A stretch of 64,000 nt of DNA from Podarcis bocagei (Eukaryota): the NCBI GenBank assembly GCA_964188305.1, contig OZ076889.1; one strand, 5' to 3'. The notes beneath the pieces are model-generated. The model was given only the letters and a program-made list of their open reading frames with translations, was not told the DNA's origin and did not search any database. How positions within the stretch are numbered: position 1 is the first letter of the stretch; every line of letters begins with the position of its first letter. Positions 34,136-48,511 of this stretch are shown in pieces. The position numbers and the translations under genes were made by a program.

Positions 34136-34554
34136 ACTGAGACTCAAGGCTGATCCAGGATTCTATCGTTTTCAGAATACAAACCCAGCTCTTCCCAACA
34201 TCTGGCCTCTGGAATTTTGGAAGAACACACAGTCTTAGGTTTCATTGGAAATCCTGGTTCCTTGCTTCAGTCATGTTCCTCTTCCATGAATAGAAAACAG
34301 TTTTTTTAAAAATAAATAACAAAGCTTTTCCTTTTCAGAAAGTAAGGTAAAAAAAATCACGGGGACCACAGCGCCACCCACATCACTTCTTTCAGAAAGT
34401 AAAACTAGTAAGACACATGTTTTGTTTTTTTAAAAAAGTAGGAAATAATAAAACTGTCAACAAGTACAGTATGATGAAAAGTATATCTCTTCTAAAGCAA
34501 CAAAAACTGAAGACAAATCATGGTTATCACTCACACAAAAGAAATCAAGGTTGA

Positions 34555-34800
<246 letters not shown>

Positions 34801-35222
34801 TAGGCAGGCTTGAGCTGTGCTATAATTATGCTATAATTTTACTGTATGCGCTAAATGTAGGTAGCTGGAATACAATTGCAAAAGGAAAGAGTTGCAATGG
34901 AAGCATACTGGGCTTTTTGTGGAAAGCACAGGATTGGTGCTTTAATGGTGACAGAAAGACAAAGAGTACCAATAATCCAGATCTGTGATTGGTATTCTCA
35001 ATATATTTAGACTAGTGTAAAGGTTGCTGGAGTAAATTTAGAGAACTTACATCAATGATAGGACCCTCATCAGGGTTTATGAAAACATTAGCTTCAGGCT
35101 TTACATTAAGAAGGACTTCTTAGCTCCAAGAGCAATTTAGCAATGAAACGGGCTGTCTAGAGAGGGAGCTAGATCTCTGGGGTATGTGTGTGTGTTTTTA
35201 AGGATGGACAAGCTATCTAAAC

Positions 35223-35358
35223 CAGGCATCCCCAACCTGCGGCCCTCCAGATGTTTTGGCCTACAACTCCCATGATCCCTAGCTAACAGGACCGATGGTC
35301 AGGGATGGTGGGAATTGTAGTCCAAAACATCTGGAGGGTCGAAGGTTGGGGATGCCTG
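35223..35358. mobile_element. hAT-type palindromic MITE
   Basis: TIR CAGGCATCCCCAACCT...AGGTTGGGGATGCCTG; 8-bp TSD ATCTAAAC/ATCTATAC. Confidence 0.85.
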
Positions 35359-38300
35359 ATCTATACTATCTACAGAAATGGTTAAATGCTGCATAGCCAT
35401 GAGGAGCAGCTTGTACTCTGACTCAGGAGTAGTTGAAGTGGTACAGAGACTGGTGGCCCTCCATATGTTCTTGGACCACAACTCCCATCATTCCTAGCCA
35501 TTGGCTATACATCTGAGACTGTTGGGAGTTGGAGTTCAACAAAATCTGGAGGGAACCAAAGGCAAGCTATACAGAAAATATCAGAAAGCAGCAGCAACTG
35601 CAGATATTTAAATTCCAGCCAACAAGGACTTGAAGGTTTCAGTCCTGCAGGATGGAATGTCTCCTAGCATTACCCACACAAACTACCTGTCACCGTGGTT
35701 GTTTCACGTCTAACAGCAAAGTATTTTGAAGCTAATCTTAGAAACTCAATGAAAGGGAGGAAAGTGTGAAGTTCATCAGATTTCTCAGCAGATGTAACAT
35801 CAGTATGAGCTGGTTGTTATATTAAGCCCGATCAAGGCCAGAGCAAGTATTAACACATTTTCAAGGATTTTGTTTTTTTAAAAAAGCAGTTCTCAGTCAA
35901 GGAAAATTGCCTAATGGAGGCAACCTAATGCACAGCTCGTGTGTCTTTGCTCACTCATCTGATCTGTCACACGTGGGCCTCATTATAACAGAAAATACTT
36001 GACACAGCAATCGCTACACCTGTTAGTAAGCACCACAGCCTGCCCTGACACTATGAGTATGAGAACACTTAACTGGAGGTTCAGTTATTTTGAAATCGAG
36101 GGAGTTTAGGATCAAAGCAGCACCTACTATGGTTGCTATGGGGATACCAGTGAGAATGGCCTTCCTGTGGTGAGTGTTCTCAGCCGTAACATGAAGATGT
36201 GCATGTGGACCTCCACATCTCTGCCAACAGCCAAGGCTGGTGCTAATAGCTCAGCAGTTTACAAGGCATGGAGACCTTGGATGTTTGAAAAGCCCAATGA
36301 ACTGTGATGCAACACACTCTCTAATCCTTCTGGCCCACTCCTCTTGCTGTGGGAGGTGAATTCTGCCTAAACACAGGGCACCATGGCCATTAAGAGGTTG
36401 TTCATTCCCTCTGCAGAAGCCAGCTGCTTGTTTTCCTTTCATTCTGGCACAAACTCTGGCACAAACCTCCTTTGGGTTTCCACATGCTTAGGAAACTGGT
36501 GCAGAGGGTGTGTTAAAAATTGCAAAGAATGAGGGAAATGTATGCTTTCAATGTGGGAAGGGTAGGGAGCCCACTCTAGGTCAAGAGAACCTGGAGCTGC
36601 TTGCACCAGCACCAGGTGAAACACACAAACTCTCCCATGTGGTTCCAATCTATTTCTCCATTGTGCAACTGTAATTTATGTATTATCAACTAAATGTCTG
36701 ACATGTGGCCCCTTCAAGAAAAACAGCTCTGCCCCAGGAAGCCAGCTTTTGGAGATTTGGCTAGAGAAGTAACGTGCAGGCTCCCATGTTTCATCATGAA
36801 TAAAGTTTAAGTTACCATTAATTCAGCTTGTAGTGAGTTCCTTCATAAACTGCAGAAGACAATAGAGCAGCTAGAATAGGAATCACATGCTATGCAGGAC
36901 CATTTTTAGAAGCATCCCTGTAGCACCTATAGTGTGTGTTACAGCTCTCATTTCCAATAATTCATGCTGAGAGGGTCGGGATACCATTCTTACGTTCAAG
37001 CTGAAGAGATGCTTCCTGCTTTTAAAGCCCATAAAAGGTACAACACATAGTCAACATTGTCAGGGTAAAATGCAGGGCCCCTCTACCCATGAAGTAACAA
37101 ATCCAGTTGCTAAAGGTGTTGAAAGCCTTAAATCTCTAGACCTTCTTTCCAGTCCACCAGCCCTTTCTGAAGCTTGGCACCTGTTTTGTTTTAAATCTGC
37201 CTTGACTTAGAACACTTCCCCCCTCTTCCTTTTTAGTATTCCAAACTTTTGTTTTGCTAGCTCAGCTTCACTTGAGGTAACTGGCCATTTTAAAGTTACA
37301 GAAATCTAAACGATGCAGTGTACTGTGATGAAAACAATCACAAATCCTGCAGGGGCATCTCGAAGACTTCAAAAAGTAATTGTGACATGAGTTTTTGTCA
37401 CTTGCATGCCTTTCAACAGAACCATGAAACAATTTGAAAGATGGTAGGCTGATAAGGAAAATTTAGCAGCAGCTTTCCCAATCTCTGCATCTGCAGGTGA
37501 GGAAAAGTTTGCCTGCTAAATTTTGGTCTGGTTTGTTCCACAGCTGCTAAAGGCACACAAAAAAGCCTGCCAGGAAGTGTGGGGTGCCTTGGAGAGAGAG
37601 GTAGATCAATTCCACCCCAGACTCAAACACTGACCAGCTAGGATTATTCTTTTCACTAGAATGGCCATCCTTTGTTTACTTTTCTTTGCAGAACATCCTG
37701 ATTGCCACTTCTCTGTTGCCCTCCTACATTTTTGCAGACCTGATTTGTGAGAATTTTGTTGCTGTAATAAAACACAATTGCACAGCCAGCTTGTAAAGCT
37801 CTTTTGAGGCTCTTAAAGGTTCCTGCACTTTTAATTAAACGTTGCTTGTTTGCAAGCCTAGCCTTTTTTGTTGCTGCCCGGTGAGCATGGGTGAGGGGAG
37901 GAACAGACTATTGATTGCATTTTCAGAAGTCTCTCTTACATTACAATTACACACATACACACACAGGGCTGTGCCCCTGCTCTCATTGCTTGCCAACCCC
38001 AATATGGTAGCCATCACTATAAGCAAATACAAAGTTGTATTTCCCTTGTATAAATACATACAGTAAGGGGGGGTGTTTGAGGAGGGGGAGGAGATAACAT
38101 TTGCTTAGCCTTGCAATCGGCCATATCTGGCCCTGATTCTGTTGATACCAATTTTTCATTCTCTAGCAGGCAATTGCCTTATTTCCTGCTAGATGCAGGT
38201 GGCAGTGACACCCACTGGAAGCAGTATTAAATGTTGTATTTACTGTTCCTAAAATATATCCTAAAAACAGAGATTGGTAGCAAAACACAGCAAACCCTTT

Positions 38301-41300
38301 GAACACAGCACAGTATTGTCGTGACTTGGCTCAGGCTCCGAGTGTCAGCTCAGATGAGTTAATAAGATTTGATGATTTAGCAACACAGCCACAGAGAAGA
38401 TGCTGCAGGAATCTTAAATCATGTCCAGGATTGCATAGTGTTTTAAAACATCATGTTATCTTCAAAAAAAGGCATGCAGAATTGACTGGATTCCCGCCCC
38501 CGCCCTGTTTCCTATATTGCTGCTCAATTTTTTTGCTACTAAGTCACATCCACTGAGAGACCTTTACCAAAGAGATCAGTGTCTGTAACACAGAGTTGGA
38601 CACAGCCTTCTAATTCTGTCAATAATAATACATAAATAAATAAATTGGAGAATGTGATACTTAATGCATTCTGAAATTTGCAGATTATTTATATATTAAC
38701 AATTGCAGAGCAGTAATTCATTATATCCTGCTCTTCTACTAATATATCCAACAGCATAGATCAGAAACAATAATCATAATGTACAGTACCAGGAATGCAA
38801 TAAACAAATGTACTAATCATGGTTATGGTTCTTATAGCACTTCAAGTGTAGAAAGTGCTCTGCAGAACTTATCTAGTCCTACTGAACAAAAAACATGGCT
38901 GTGTGTCATTACAGTTTTCGCTCACCCAAAGCAGCACTCAGAATGAACAAGATTGTGATTGGCTCTCAGTGAATCTGACAGCAGAACTCTGAGTTCATCC
39001 AATTCAAGTACCAGCTTCTGCGTCAAGATCTTAAAAATATCATGGTGTTTCCACTTTGCTTACTGATACGTATTTTCCAGTAGTTCAGGTGACAGATATG
39101 TACCATAGTAGATGGTGTTGGAAATAAACAGGGAAACTAATCATTTGACACTCATAAAAAGGCTTTTTTGTTTTGTTTTTGAGAAGCTTAACTAAGAAAG
39201 CTTAAATAACAAAAATAAGAAACAAGTTTGCAAATTTGCTGAGCCACAAAGCAACTTCTGTGTCGCCCTCTTTTTTCATGTTCTCAAAAGTTGCTGCTTG
39301 CAGAGGGTAATGAAAATACAACTAAACTCGGAAGATGGTTTGCTGTACCTTTTTTATATCTGCACCTCTCCATCCATCCATCCTCTTTGTCAAGGGTTCT
39401 CAGCTTCATCCCTCCTCCTACCTGCTTTCCAGCCCTCACCCCCATCCCCAATGGTTCACTGGACTACTAGCTTTATGTAGCAAATCAGAGGAAGGCTGCA
39501 GGAGGATCAGGGTAGCAATTATCTCTTAAAATCTCCCCTCTTTTCTTTAAACCCCAAATGGCACTTCATAGCTTCTGGTTCCAGGCTTACCTGGAGTCCT
39601 GAAGAGCAGGGGTGGAGGAAGAGGGGTGCAGTGGGGGGCGGACCGCCCTGGGTGTCTTTGCTGAGAGGGGTGACATTTGGCAGTTGTGGGCAGGCGGCAC
39701 ACCGAATGTCCGCCATTGGCGGCTTGCTCTGCCCCCGTGGGTGGCTCGCACCACCCCCGGCTGCAGGGCGCACACGCCGCTCCATGCACCACAGCGGCTA
39801 TCCCACACCTAGGAGGGCACCCTCCATGCCCCCCGCTCCCTCAGGAGCGTGTCCCATGCCCCACCCCCCTCGGAAGCATGTCCACTCTGGGCAGCGTGGG
39901 CATATGCTCTGCCACTGCTGAACAGAAGGGCTGCACAGTAGGGCAACGACTGGGATACGCTGCCACATTTTGCTTAATCCTGTACTGCAGCTAAATGATG
40001 TTACCAAAGCCAATGGTTTGAGAGGCCAAGTCTATGTTTCCTGTCTTGTCTGGCTCTCAGAAATACTATGGAGCCAAATATGCATTGCAAGACAGACTTC
40101 AGAAGACTGGTCGTGTTCCTGCATCTGCTAAGCTCTTGCATATGAAAGCTCGTGCCATAGTGAAGTGGTACCATGGGACTCTCTGCTGCATTTGCAGCCT
40201 AAAGCCACTCATACCACGAAATGTAGCACACTTTGTCCTTTTCTCGCCGCCACCCCACCCCCACCCCCCCGCCACCCCCCTGGTAGCTTGCAAATCTCTC
40301 CCCCCATTCTGAAATACAGTGTGTTGAACTGGAAGCAGCACACTGGATACGGTTTACTATTTGATGCCATGGCAACATGTCTTGGACTGTTCCTTTGGAC
40401 TGAAATGGGCAAACGGAGAGAGAGGATTTTTTGGCAGAGCTAGACTGTCTTGGTGTCCTGGCTCAGCCTCTAAATATTCTTCAGGGCTTCTTCTTTTCAG
40501 CAAAGAATGATTTTTCTGCTAATGAAGAGTCTGGCTTTGGATGCCTACAGCAACCTGAGACACATCCTCTGCTCAAATGCACTCTTGAAATTCACAGCCA
40601 CGCTTCTCTGAGCACTTGTGTAATACTAGTGCTTAGGCTGTCTGCTCCCATTAATCACTGAAGGAACCGATTCGAGTTGGTTGACATTAGCTGTGTTGTT
40701 TTTTGAAGTTCAGAAATGTTGGGGCTGAAAGCATTACATGATTAATCATTACAGTAAATCAATTATTTCCTTAATTGCAAGTTACAGAGTAGATTGTTTG
40801 CTGGATCTTAATTAGAACCCTTCCCTCTCAAGATGAGCTCCATTCTGAAGATATTGCTATGAACAATCTGCTTACATTTCTGAGTCAGTCAAGAGGAGCC
40901 TGCCTTAAACATCTCCCATAATGAGACACAGTGGCTATTATTCTTATTTTGAAAACTAATAGCCTCCCAGTTTTAAAACATCAAGACAAAAGTTAAACCC
41001 TGGTGCCATTTTATGGCATTCAGTTTCTATGCGCTGTTTCTAAAGAAACACAAATCTCCTCATAATATGGGGAAAGGGATTAATTACAGCATTGCCAAAG
41101 TGTAATGCATCCATCCAGGAGGATCTAAAGGACTCAAGTATTTTATCAGTGTCCATGAAGATGCATCTCAAGTTCTTTCAATTTCCTTCAACATTTACTC
41201 TCTAGCTGACCATGGCAGGAGCTGATAACTAAATAGTAAAGATTCCTCTCCTAACTCTGGTGTTTGTTTTCTAAGTCTTGCTCAACAAATGTAGCATTCC

Positions 41301-41960
41301 TGCTGAGGAATCCTTCTGGGTAGATTAAGGGTAGCACTTGCTTTTCCTATTTGCTCTTCTCTCAATCTGTTATGTAAGTTAATTTTAGTCCTATGGGCAT
41401 TCCATAAACTTCTTAGGCATGTGTGATGGAGATTCCAAAATACTGGGCCCAACTGATTTTGGGTTGTGGAGGGTCTTCTTACTGTTCAAATGATACAACA
41501 CTGAGGGCATGTACCGGTACCTTTATTTAGAAAGAAATTTCAGCTGGCAGCATCCAATTTATTGAGTTATTTATTTGGTGTTCTAATATCTCACCTTTTT
41601 TGTCAAGGACTACCTCAGTGTCTTTTACATCAAAACAAATGGAGCAATAAGGTTTTGGGGGCGGATACAATTCAAAACCATCAGTGAAGCAATAGCAATC
41701 AGTAAAAAATGCAAGACTAGAAACTGAAAAATTATAATAAACTAAGCATGGCCTGCAAAGCATTAAGAAAATGAGTGAGTTTTCCCCATGCACCAGAAGC
41801 CCATCAATGCCATGGCCATCCACACCTCTGAGAGGAGGGAGTTGCTCAGCTGGGGCACCACCACAAAGAAAGCCCCACACAACAGGCTACGCTAGCTGAT
41901 GGGACCAGAAGCAGCCCCCTCTCTGCCCATCCAATCTCAGGGCTCAGGCTGGTTGATATA

Positions 41961-42357
41961 CAGTGGTACCTCGGGTTACAGATTCTTCAGGTTACAGACG
42001 CTTCAGGTTACAGACTCCACTAACCCAGAAATAGTACCTCGGGTTAAGAACTTTGCTTCAGGATGAGAACAGAAACTGTGCAGCAGCGGTGCGGCGGCAG
42101 CAGGAGGCCCCATTAGCTAAGGTGGTACCTCAGGTCAGTAGCGTAGCGTGGGTTGTCAGCACCCGGGGCAAGGCAAGTAATTTGCGCCCCCTAACCCATG
42201 GATTTGCGCCCCCTAACCCTAACCCCCAGATGTTGCGCCCGGTGCGGCCGCCCCCCCCTGCACCCCCCACGCTACGCCACTGCCTCAGGTTAAGAACAGT
42301 TTCAGGTTAAGAATGGACCTCCAGAACAAATTAAGTTCTTAACCCGAGGTACCACTG
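41961..42357. mobile_element. Tc1/mariner MITE carrying a nested hAT MITE
   Basis: TA|CAGTGGTACCTCGGGTTA ... TAACCCGAGGTACCACTG|TA. Confidence 0.9.
42136..42282. mobile_element. hAT-type MITE with CCCTAA motifs (nested)
   Basis: TIR CAGTAGCGTAGCGTGGG...CCCACGCTACGCCACTG; 8-bp TSD CCTCAGGT. Confidence 0.9.
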
Positions 42358-44185
42358 TAATGAGAAGCACTGTGACAAATACCTAACTCCCATACTGGTG
42401 TGTGTGTATGAGTGTGCATGCATGCAAGTGTAAGGGATGGGGTGGATTATTTGTACAGTGGTGGTATGAATAGCAGGTAACAAACCACTGTTTAGTTTGA
42501 CGTCATGTATGCTGTCCAGCAACTGAATTTCATTTCATTTTATTGCTTTGTTACAATGGTGCAGAGCTGGAAGAAAGCCAAATATCAACAGAGACCAAAA
42601 CTCAAACACTGTTTCTCAACAATGTTAGCCAAGCATCAATTCCCAGCTTGTGTGTGGTTGACTACAAGTGTCCAATACATGAACATGCAACAATCTACAT
42701 GTCTGAAGGATTATTACACATTGTAATCTATGTCTAGTAGACATGCAGTATCCAACATGGAAGCAACGTTTGTGCTGGAATTTTGTGATGTGTGAAGTTG
42801 CCCTTAGGAATCTGATAAGGCAGCATTGAGAGCCCAGCCAAGGGAAGGGACCAGCCTCACCAGTTTATAGCCCTTGCTGCAGTCCCCGAGGCCATTAACA
42901 CCATTATCTGTTCCCAGTCTTTTGATGTTGAAGCACAAAATCAGTGTTTGTTCCTTGTGGCTCTACCATCAATTCCATTGGATGACCTTGTAAAAGTACA
43001 TTCTGGAAATAATGACTCACTCCCTATGGTTGTTTGGAGATTTATGTAGTCCAAGGTGAGATTGCTAAGCACACTTTTTAAATGCTATATAAAATGCAAT
43101 ATAGAAAAGATTTTGTAATTGCATGCCAATACAATAAAAGCGATCTATAGTGGCATCATGATAATGGTAATGATACATATTTTTCTAAGAATGTGTAGGC
43201 AACACTGGAAAGGGATTCCCTAAAACATCTTGTTGAACATCAACCTAAGTTTAAGGAGCTCCTTTGAATGCATAATTGCCATTTTAATGGGTCTAATGGT
43301 GTTTGAAAATCCCAACCACTCAACGCAAAAAATAAATTGATGGAAGTGATCACAGAAGACATGCTGTGAAATTGAGGTGGAGTTCAGGGTCAGGGAGTTT
43401 AAATTAAACAAGCACACACACACACAATCCTTAGCCATGTAGTTTTTAGAGCTGCTGCTGCTGCTGAAAAGGGGAAATGAAAGAATCCTATTTTCAGTGT
43501 ATCAAAAAGGCCTCACAGCCTGTATCTAGTTAGCTCCTTCCTCTCCAATTCTGGGCAAACCTTGTCCTTGAATCAAAAAGTAAGTGATGTACACAGCCCA
43601 TTCACAAAATCTGGGGCTTTGTAATATACACAAAAGCCTATCAGGCAGAGCCTGACATAACAGATACTTTTAAAAATAGGTGATGTCCTTATTAGGAGAA
43701 CAGTTTGATGAGGCCGGGAAAATAGGTCGCCCAGGGTAGGCCAGCTGATCTGCTTTACTGCACTTAAACAAGCGGGTGAAAATGTCTGTATTTTTCAAGT
43801 TTCAGTTACAATGCGTGAAGATAACAAAATATTCATTTGCCATAGTTACACATTTCAAAACCTGATCCAATGCTTTGTTCCTAGGTATTTTAAGAAGCTC
43901 CCAAACAGCATAGCTATGCCACTCAAGGGGCTCTTTTGGGGTGTGGAGAGGGGTAATGCAGACATGGAAAAAGAAGGGAGGCAACCTGCAAGGAAACTGG
44001 CATGACTCAAGCAGTGGAGCACGTTTCAGGATGGACCATGGCTCAGTGATGCACTGTATGCTTTTCTTGTCAAAAAGGGGTCACTAATGCAATGCGCAGG
44101 CACCATAGAAGCCACAAAAGCCTTTAATGACCCTAGGCTTTCATTTTTTAAAAAATGTCAGTTTCTAGTCCTCCTAGAAATAAAA

Positions 44186-44697
44186 TGATCAGGGAAGACA
44201 GGTGGCAGGGACTGGCTGGACACTGAGGAGTGGGCACTGGGAGAAGAGAGGTTGGAAACTGACTTGGAGGAAGAGATCAGTGATCTGGGGAGCCAGGAGA
44301 TGAGTGTCAGAGGCAGGAGAAGCTGCAGGATTGGAGAACAGGTACAGGAGGAGTTAGAGATAGGTCAAGCTGGTGTAAAGTCAAGGGCTGCCACTCCTCC
44401 TACTCCTGCCTTACCTCTCCTACTCCACTTTCCACCAGGACCAAAAGAGGATTGAAGGGGGAGGAGCAGAAGCAGGTTACACACAGGTGTGGTCTTTGAC
44501 TGCTTGCAGAAAACTCAGGTGGGAGAGCTGAGGTTGGGGTGGGACCCCTCTCTGTTGCTGCAACTGCCTCATTGGGTACACACGTAGGAGCAGCTGAGAG
44601 ACGTAGGACTGATGGGCACGCCTTGCAAGTGTACGTTTGACAATAAAGAGTTAATTCCTCACTCTGGACGTTCCTTACCTGACAGCCCCATGACAGA
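44186..44697 (+). mobile_element. possible decayed solo LTR
   Basis: GA-rich stretch ending with AATAAA (~44642) and TGACA; boundaries uncertain. Confidence 0.35.
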
Positions 44698-46735
44698 TAG
44701 GTGCTGCAGAGCAGCAACAGCTGAAAGGCATGTGTTCTACCTGTGGACCTGCCCATCTTAGAAAGGCATCTTCAGGGTCCTAGACAGGCACACCCAAGAA
44801 ACTAACAAGCAAAAAGAAAGCAGCTGAAAAATTCATTTAGAGTAGCTTTAGAGTGGCTGTTTGGACACAGCAGTCTGAACTGTAATAGAATGCCAATGAT
44901 ATGGCATTGCCACTGAGTGCTGGGACAATGTCAAAGGGTCCACTAGCTGGGGAAAGAATACATTTCAGTCCTCTGCAATGATGGAACAACAGCCGTAATT
45001 ACCTCGAAAAGGCTTCTGTTTCCTTTTGGAAAAGATGAATGCTGCTCTCTCACGGCGATGCAGGTGTGAAACGTCTTGGGAAGAAATATTGGCTCTGCAT
45101 AAGTGCTGATTATTAATAAGCTATATAACTACTCAACTGCAGCTCTTCACCTTTAGCGTGGGCTGAGATTCCAGTTATTTCAAGCAGATGAAGTTGCTTG
45201 TCATCCATGCAGTGCTGGGGATCCCACACACCTTGTGTGTACATCTCAGATTAGTCATTAACAAGCGACACAGAAACGCTGGCTTGTTGGCAGAGCTATG
45301 TGGCAAATGAGGACCAGTTACTTTTTCTGCAAGTAACCTCTGCTTCCCGTAAATTACAACTCTTCTGTGTAGAAAAGAATAGTTGATGTGGAGGTTTTTC
45401 CATTCTCTTTGCGTGAATCAACCACTTCTCATTTCCTTTCCCACCCCACTGCATACCATTCAACATGGATTAAATAGTTTGTGTTTTACTTTCATGTTGT
45501 AAATAAGAAGGCAGAGAGCTAGCCTAATGGCATATGCAAAGCCAAATCAGTGATGTACTTAGGGAGTTTTAGACTCTGGACTTAATGGCTTTATAGGGGA
45601 GCCCACTTAAGAAGTGAGTATGCATTATTTCAAAGTGTAATAAACCAGTACTTTTGGGGACCCTCTGCTTGTTATGCCCTGAGGTCACCACTAACCCATG
45701 GATAATGGGTATGGTTTTGGATAATGATATTGTTGGGGGTGCACATGGTTCATTCCCCTCTGTAACATGGCAAGTGATCATGGGGCGCACCTTTTGACAT
45801 GTCTTGGAAGCCAAAAAAGGAGAGACAAAGCCTTGAAACGATGCTCAAACGATTTTTTTACATGTGAAATATATACAATGCATTTTGGTGTACCACATTA
45901 TTCCGCTTATTGTACCAACTCACTGTAAAAATCACACTCTATTATTCCCTCCCCCAGCTTAGGCGGTGAGAGGGACAGCACTTTTTGCCTCCAGTCCCCT
46001 GACCTGAAAGTGAACCGTGGAGGTCAGCTGCAAAACATTTTAGCAAGGAGGGGGGCTGCATTTGGCTCCTAGTTGCTGCCTCCATTCAGTTCTTCTGATG
46101 ATTCTTGGGCTGCACGCACCTGCCCACCTTTCGGAGCCAGTGTAGGAAATGTTCTGGTTACCACTTAATTAGGGCCATGTATGATTTTCTTCCTGGAGGT
46201 CCTGGTTGGCCTTGGACATGGCAAACTTTTTGGTTACTTCACTCTGGCTTAGTTTTGGTAGTTTCCCCACATTTCCATTTGGTGGACACAGCATGGGGTT
46301 GAGTTATTTGGGAGTGATGAGCACTTTGAGGCACCTTCTAGAAGACGAAGGGCTGCTTCCTCATACCTGCCCACCAATGCCTCATGGCTGGAGAACAGGG
46401 GCGGGACAGAGCCTTGCTTGATGACTGGCCTGCTCAACCACTCAATGCCACATGGCTGGAGGGGGCATGAGAAGGTTAGAATTCCCTCGGCAGAGCTAAC
46501 AACCTGGCAAAGAAAAGCTAGGAATAGGGCATTAACTGACAAGGGAGCTCACACAAAAATCCAAGAATTAGGTTACAGGTTCCTATGCCTCGGATTCATA
46601 GGAGGCCACACAGTTTGGACCTTGTTAGAATAGTAGTGTTACCTGTTTGCAGATTCCAAAACTTCATGTCTGGTCCCTTATTAAGAGGAGGGTGTGCAAA
46701 TTAATACTGATTCTTGCCCTCGAGAAGGTGATACA

Positions 46736-46920
46736 GGAACATAGGAAGCTGCCTTATACTGAGTCAGGCGATTGGACCATCTAGCTCAGCAGTGTCCATG
46801 CTGACTGGCAGCAGCTCTCGGGGTTTTGAGAAAGGGAATCTGTCCCAACCCTACCTGGAGATGGCAGGGGTTGATCATGAGACCTTCTGCATGCAAGGCA
46901 GATGCTACACCACTAAGCCC
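46736..46920 (-). mobile_element. tRNA-SINE
   Basis: GAACATAGGAAGCTGCCTTATACTGAGTCAG...CATCTAGCTCAG...GACCTTCTGCATGCAAGGCAGATGCT; second copy at 3625-3805. Confidence 0.65.
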
Positions 46921-47270
46921 CGCCCCTGCCAAAATGTGTTGGCCACATTTCATCACAAATAAATTTGTTGAGCATCAATCACTTCAAGACCCCCGCCACC
47001 ATCACCAACTTTCTCTTTTTCTCTCACTTTCTCTGGCTTACAGTCCTCTTGGTACTGCTCTTCTTCATTTTTGGTTCAGCAACATGGCTTGGGCCAGAAC
47101 TGGGTGGAAGGATTAGGGCCTCTTCTCACACTACAATTTGACAAGGTGGGGGCGCTTTTCACATCTTTTTCCTCACTCATCTTTTCCATTCTGCATTTTC
47201 AGATGCAGACCTGATTGCCTTTTTCTCTGTGCCAGCGGTCTCACTGCAAATGCCTTTTCTCTCTGTTTAG

Positions 47271-47363
47271 GGATCTATGAAAGATGAACACAACATCAGC
47301 AAAACCACTTCTATAATTGAAAGTCAGCATCACCACCTACTGCACTGCTTGGAAAAAACAACT
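47271..47363 (+). CDS. KCND3: Kv4.3 coding exon ([31 protein letters not shown])
   Basis: 93 nt; TTTAG acceptor and GTAAGT donor; Kv4 signature [15 protein letters not shown]. Confidence 0.95.
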
Positions 47364-48342
47364 GTAAGTAGCAACAGGAAGCCTTCTAACTTTGAATCTC
47401 ACACTCTTGGGGGTGATTTCAATTGAAGAAGATGCAGGGATACTACAAAGTAAACAACACAAATACATAGATTTATGTACCCTGGGAGACATAAAAATAT
47501 GTTATTAACAGTTGATGGGATGTGCTAAATATTTTATACACGCCTTAGTTCCAGCACCATGTTTTTTTTAAAAAAATGTGTTGCACCAAGCAACCCAACA
47601 GGTAGCTTCTCTCAGGACTCAACATGTCTTTTTGCTTTGTTGACCTTCAGATGCTTTTCTTTTAAAAAGCACCAAAGTCTGATGCCTAGCAAAATATTGC
47701 CACCGAGAATTAAAGGCAGAGATGCTCAGGGTTTGCCCTTACTAGTAGTTGGCTTTGGGTTGGTGCCAACTTGAGATGCCTGCTGTGCACACCTGTCTTG
47801 CACTGCCTACAAGTTGTTGGATTATACCCAGGAATCAAAGCAGCATGGCATACTCCCAGGTGAAAGCTGTACTGCTCAGAAGATGGGCAAAGGCTTCCAT
47901 TTCAACTACTGCATACTACAGTGAAAAGTGCACAGCAGCCCTGGGAATAGAATGATGTGACAGTTGCCTGAGACCTGCACATAAAAGCAGTCTTCTATGC
48001 AGGTAGCCAATGCAGATGCACTTCTAGTTACATCCTCATTAGTATCATATTGCTCATCTGGGCTACACTCACTTGGCTAGATGAGTCATTTGATGAGCCT
48101 CACAATGCACATCCCCGTTCAGTTGTTACACGTGGCTACTTGGCCACAACTAAAGCTGCATTGGGACCCGTATCTGTGTTGTCTTTACCCCTTCGACACC
48201 ACTTCTTCAGAACATTAGATTATTATCCATCTCCAGCTGCCTGTGCCTCTGTTTCTGCAGTGCAGCAGCAGACCACCCTAATCACAGGCAGCGTACGGGA
48301 GAAAAGCAGATACCTTTTCCCATAGGGAAACTCAAGGGCAGG

Positions 48343-48511
48343 CAGTGGCGTAGCGTGGGTTGTCAGCACCCGGGGCAAGGCAAGTAATTTGCGCCCCCTA
48401 ACCCGTGGATTTGCACCCCCTAACCCGTGGATTTGCGCCCCCTAACCCTAACCCCTAGATGTTGTGCCCGGTGCGGCCGGCCCCCCCTGCACCCCCCACG
48501 CTACACCACTG
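48343..48511. mobile_element. hAT-type MITE with CCCTAA motifs (same family as 42136-42282)
   Basis: TIR CAGTGGCGTAGCGTGGG...CCCACGCTACACCACTG; 8-bp TSD AGGGCAGG. Confidence 0.9.
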
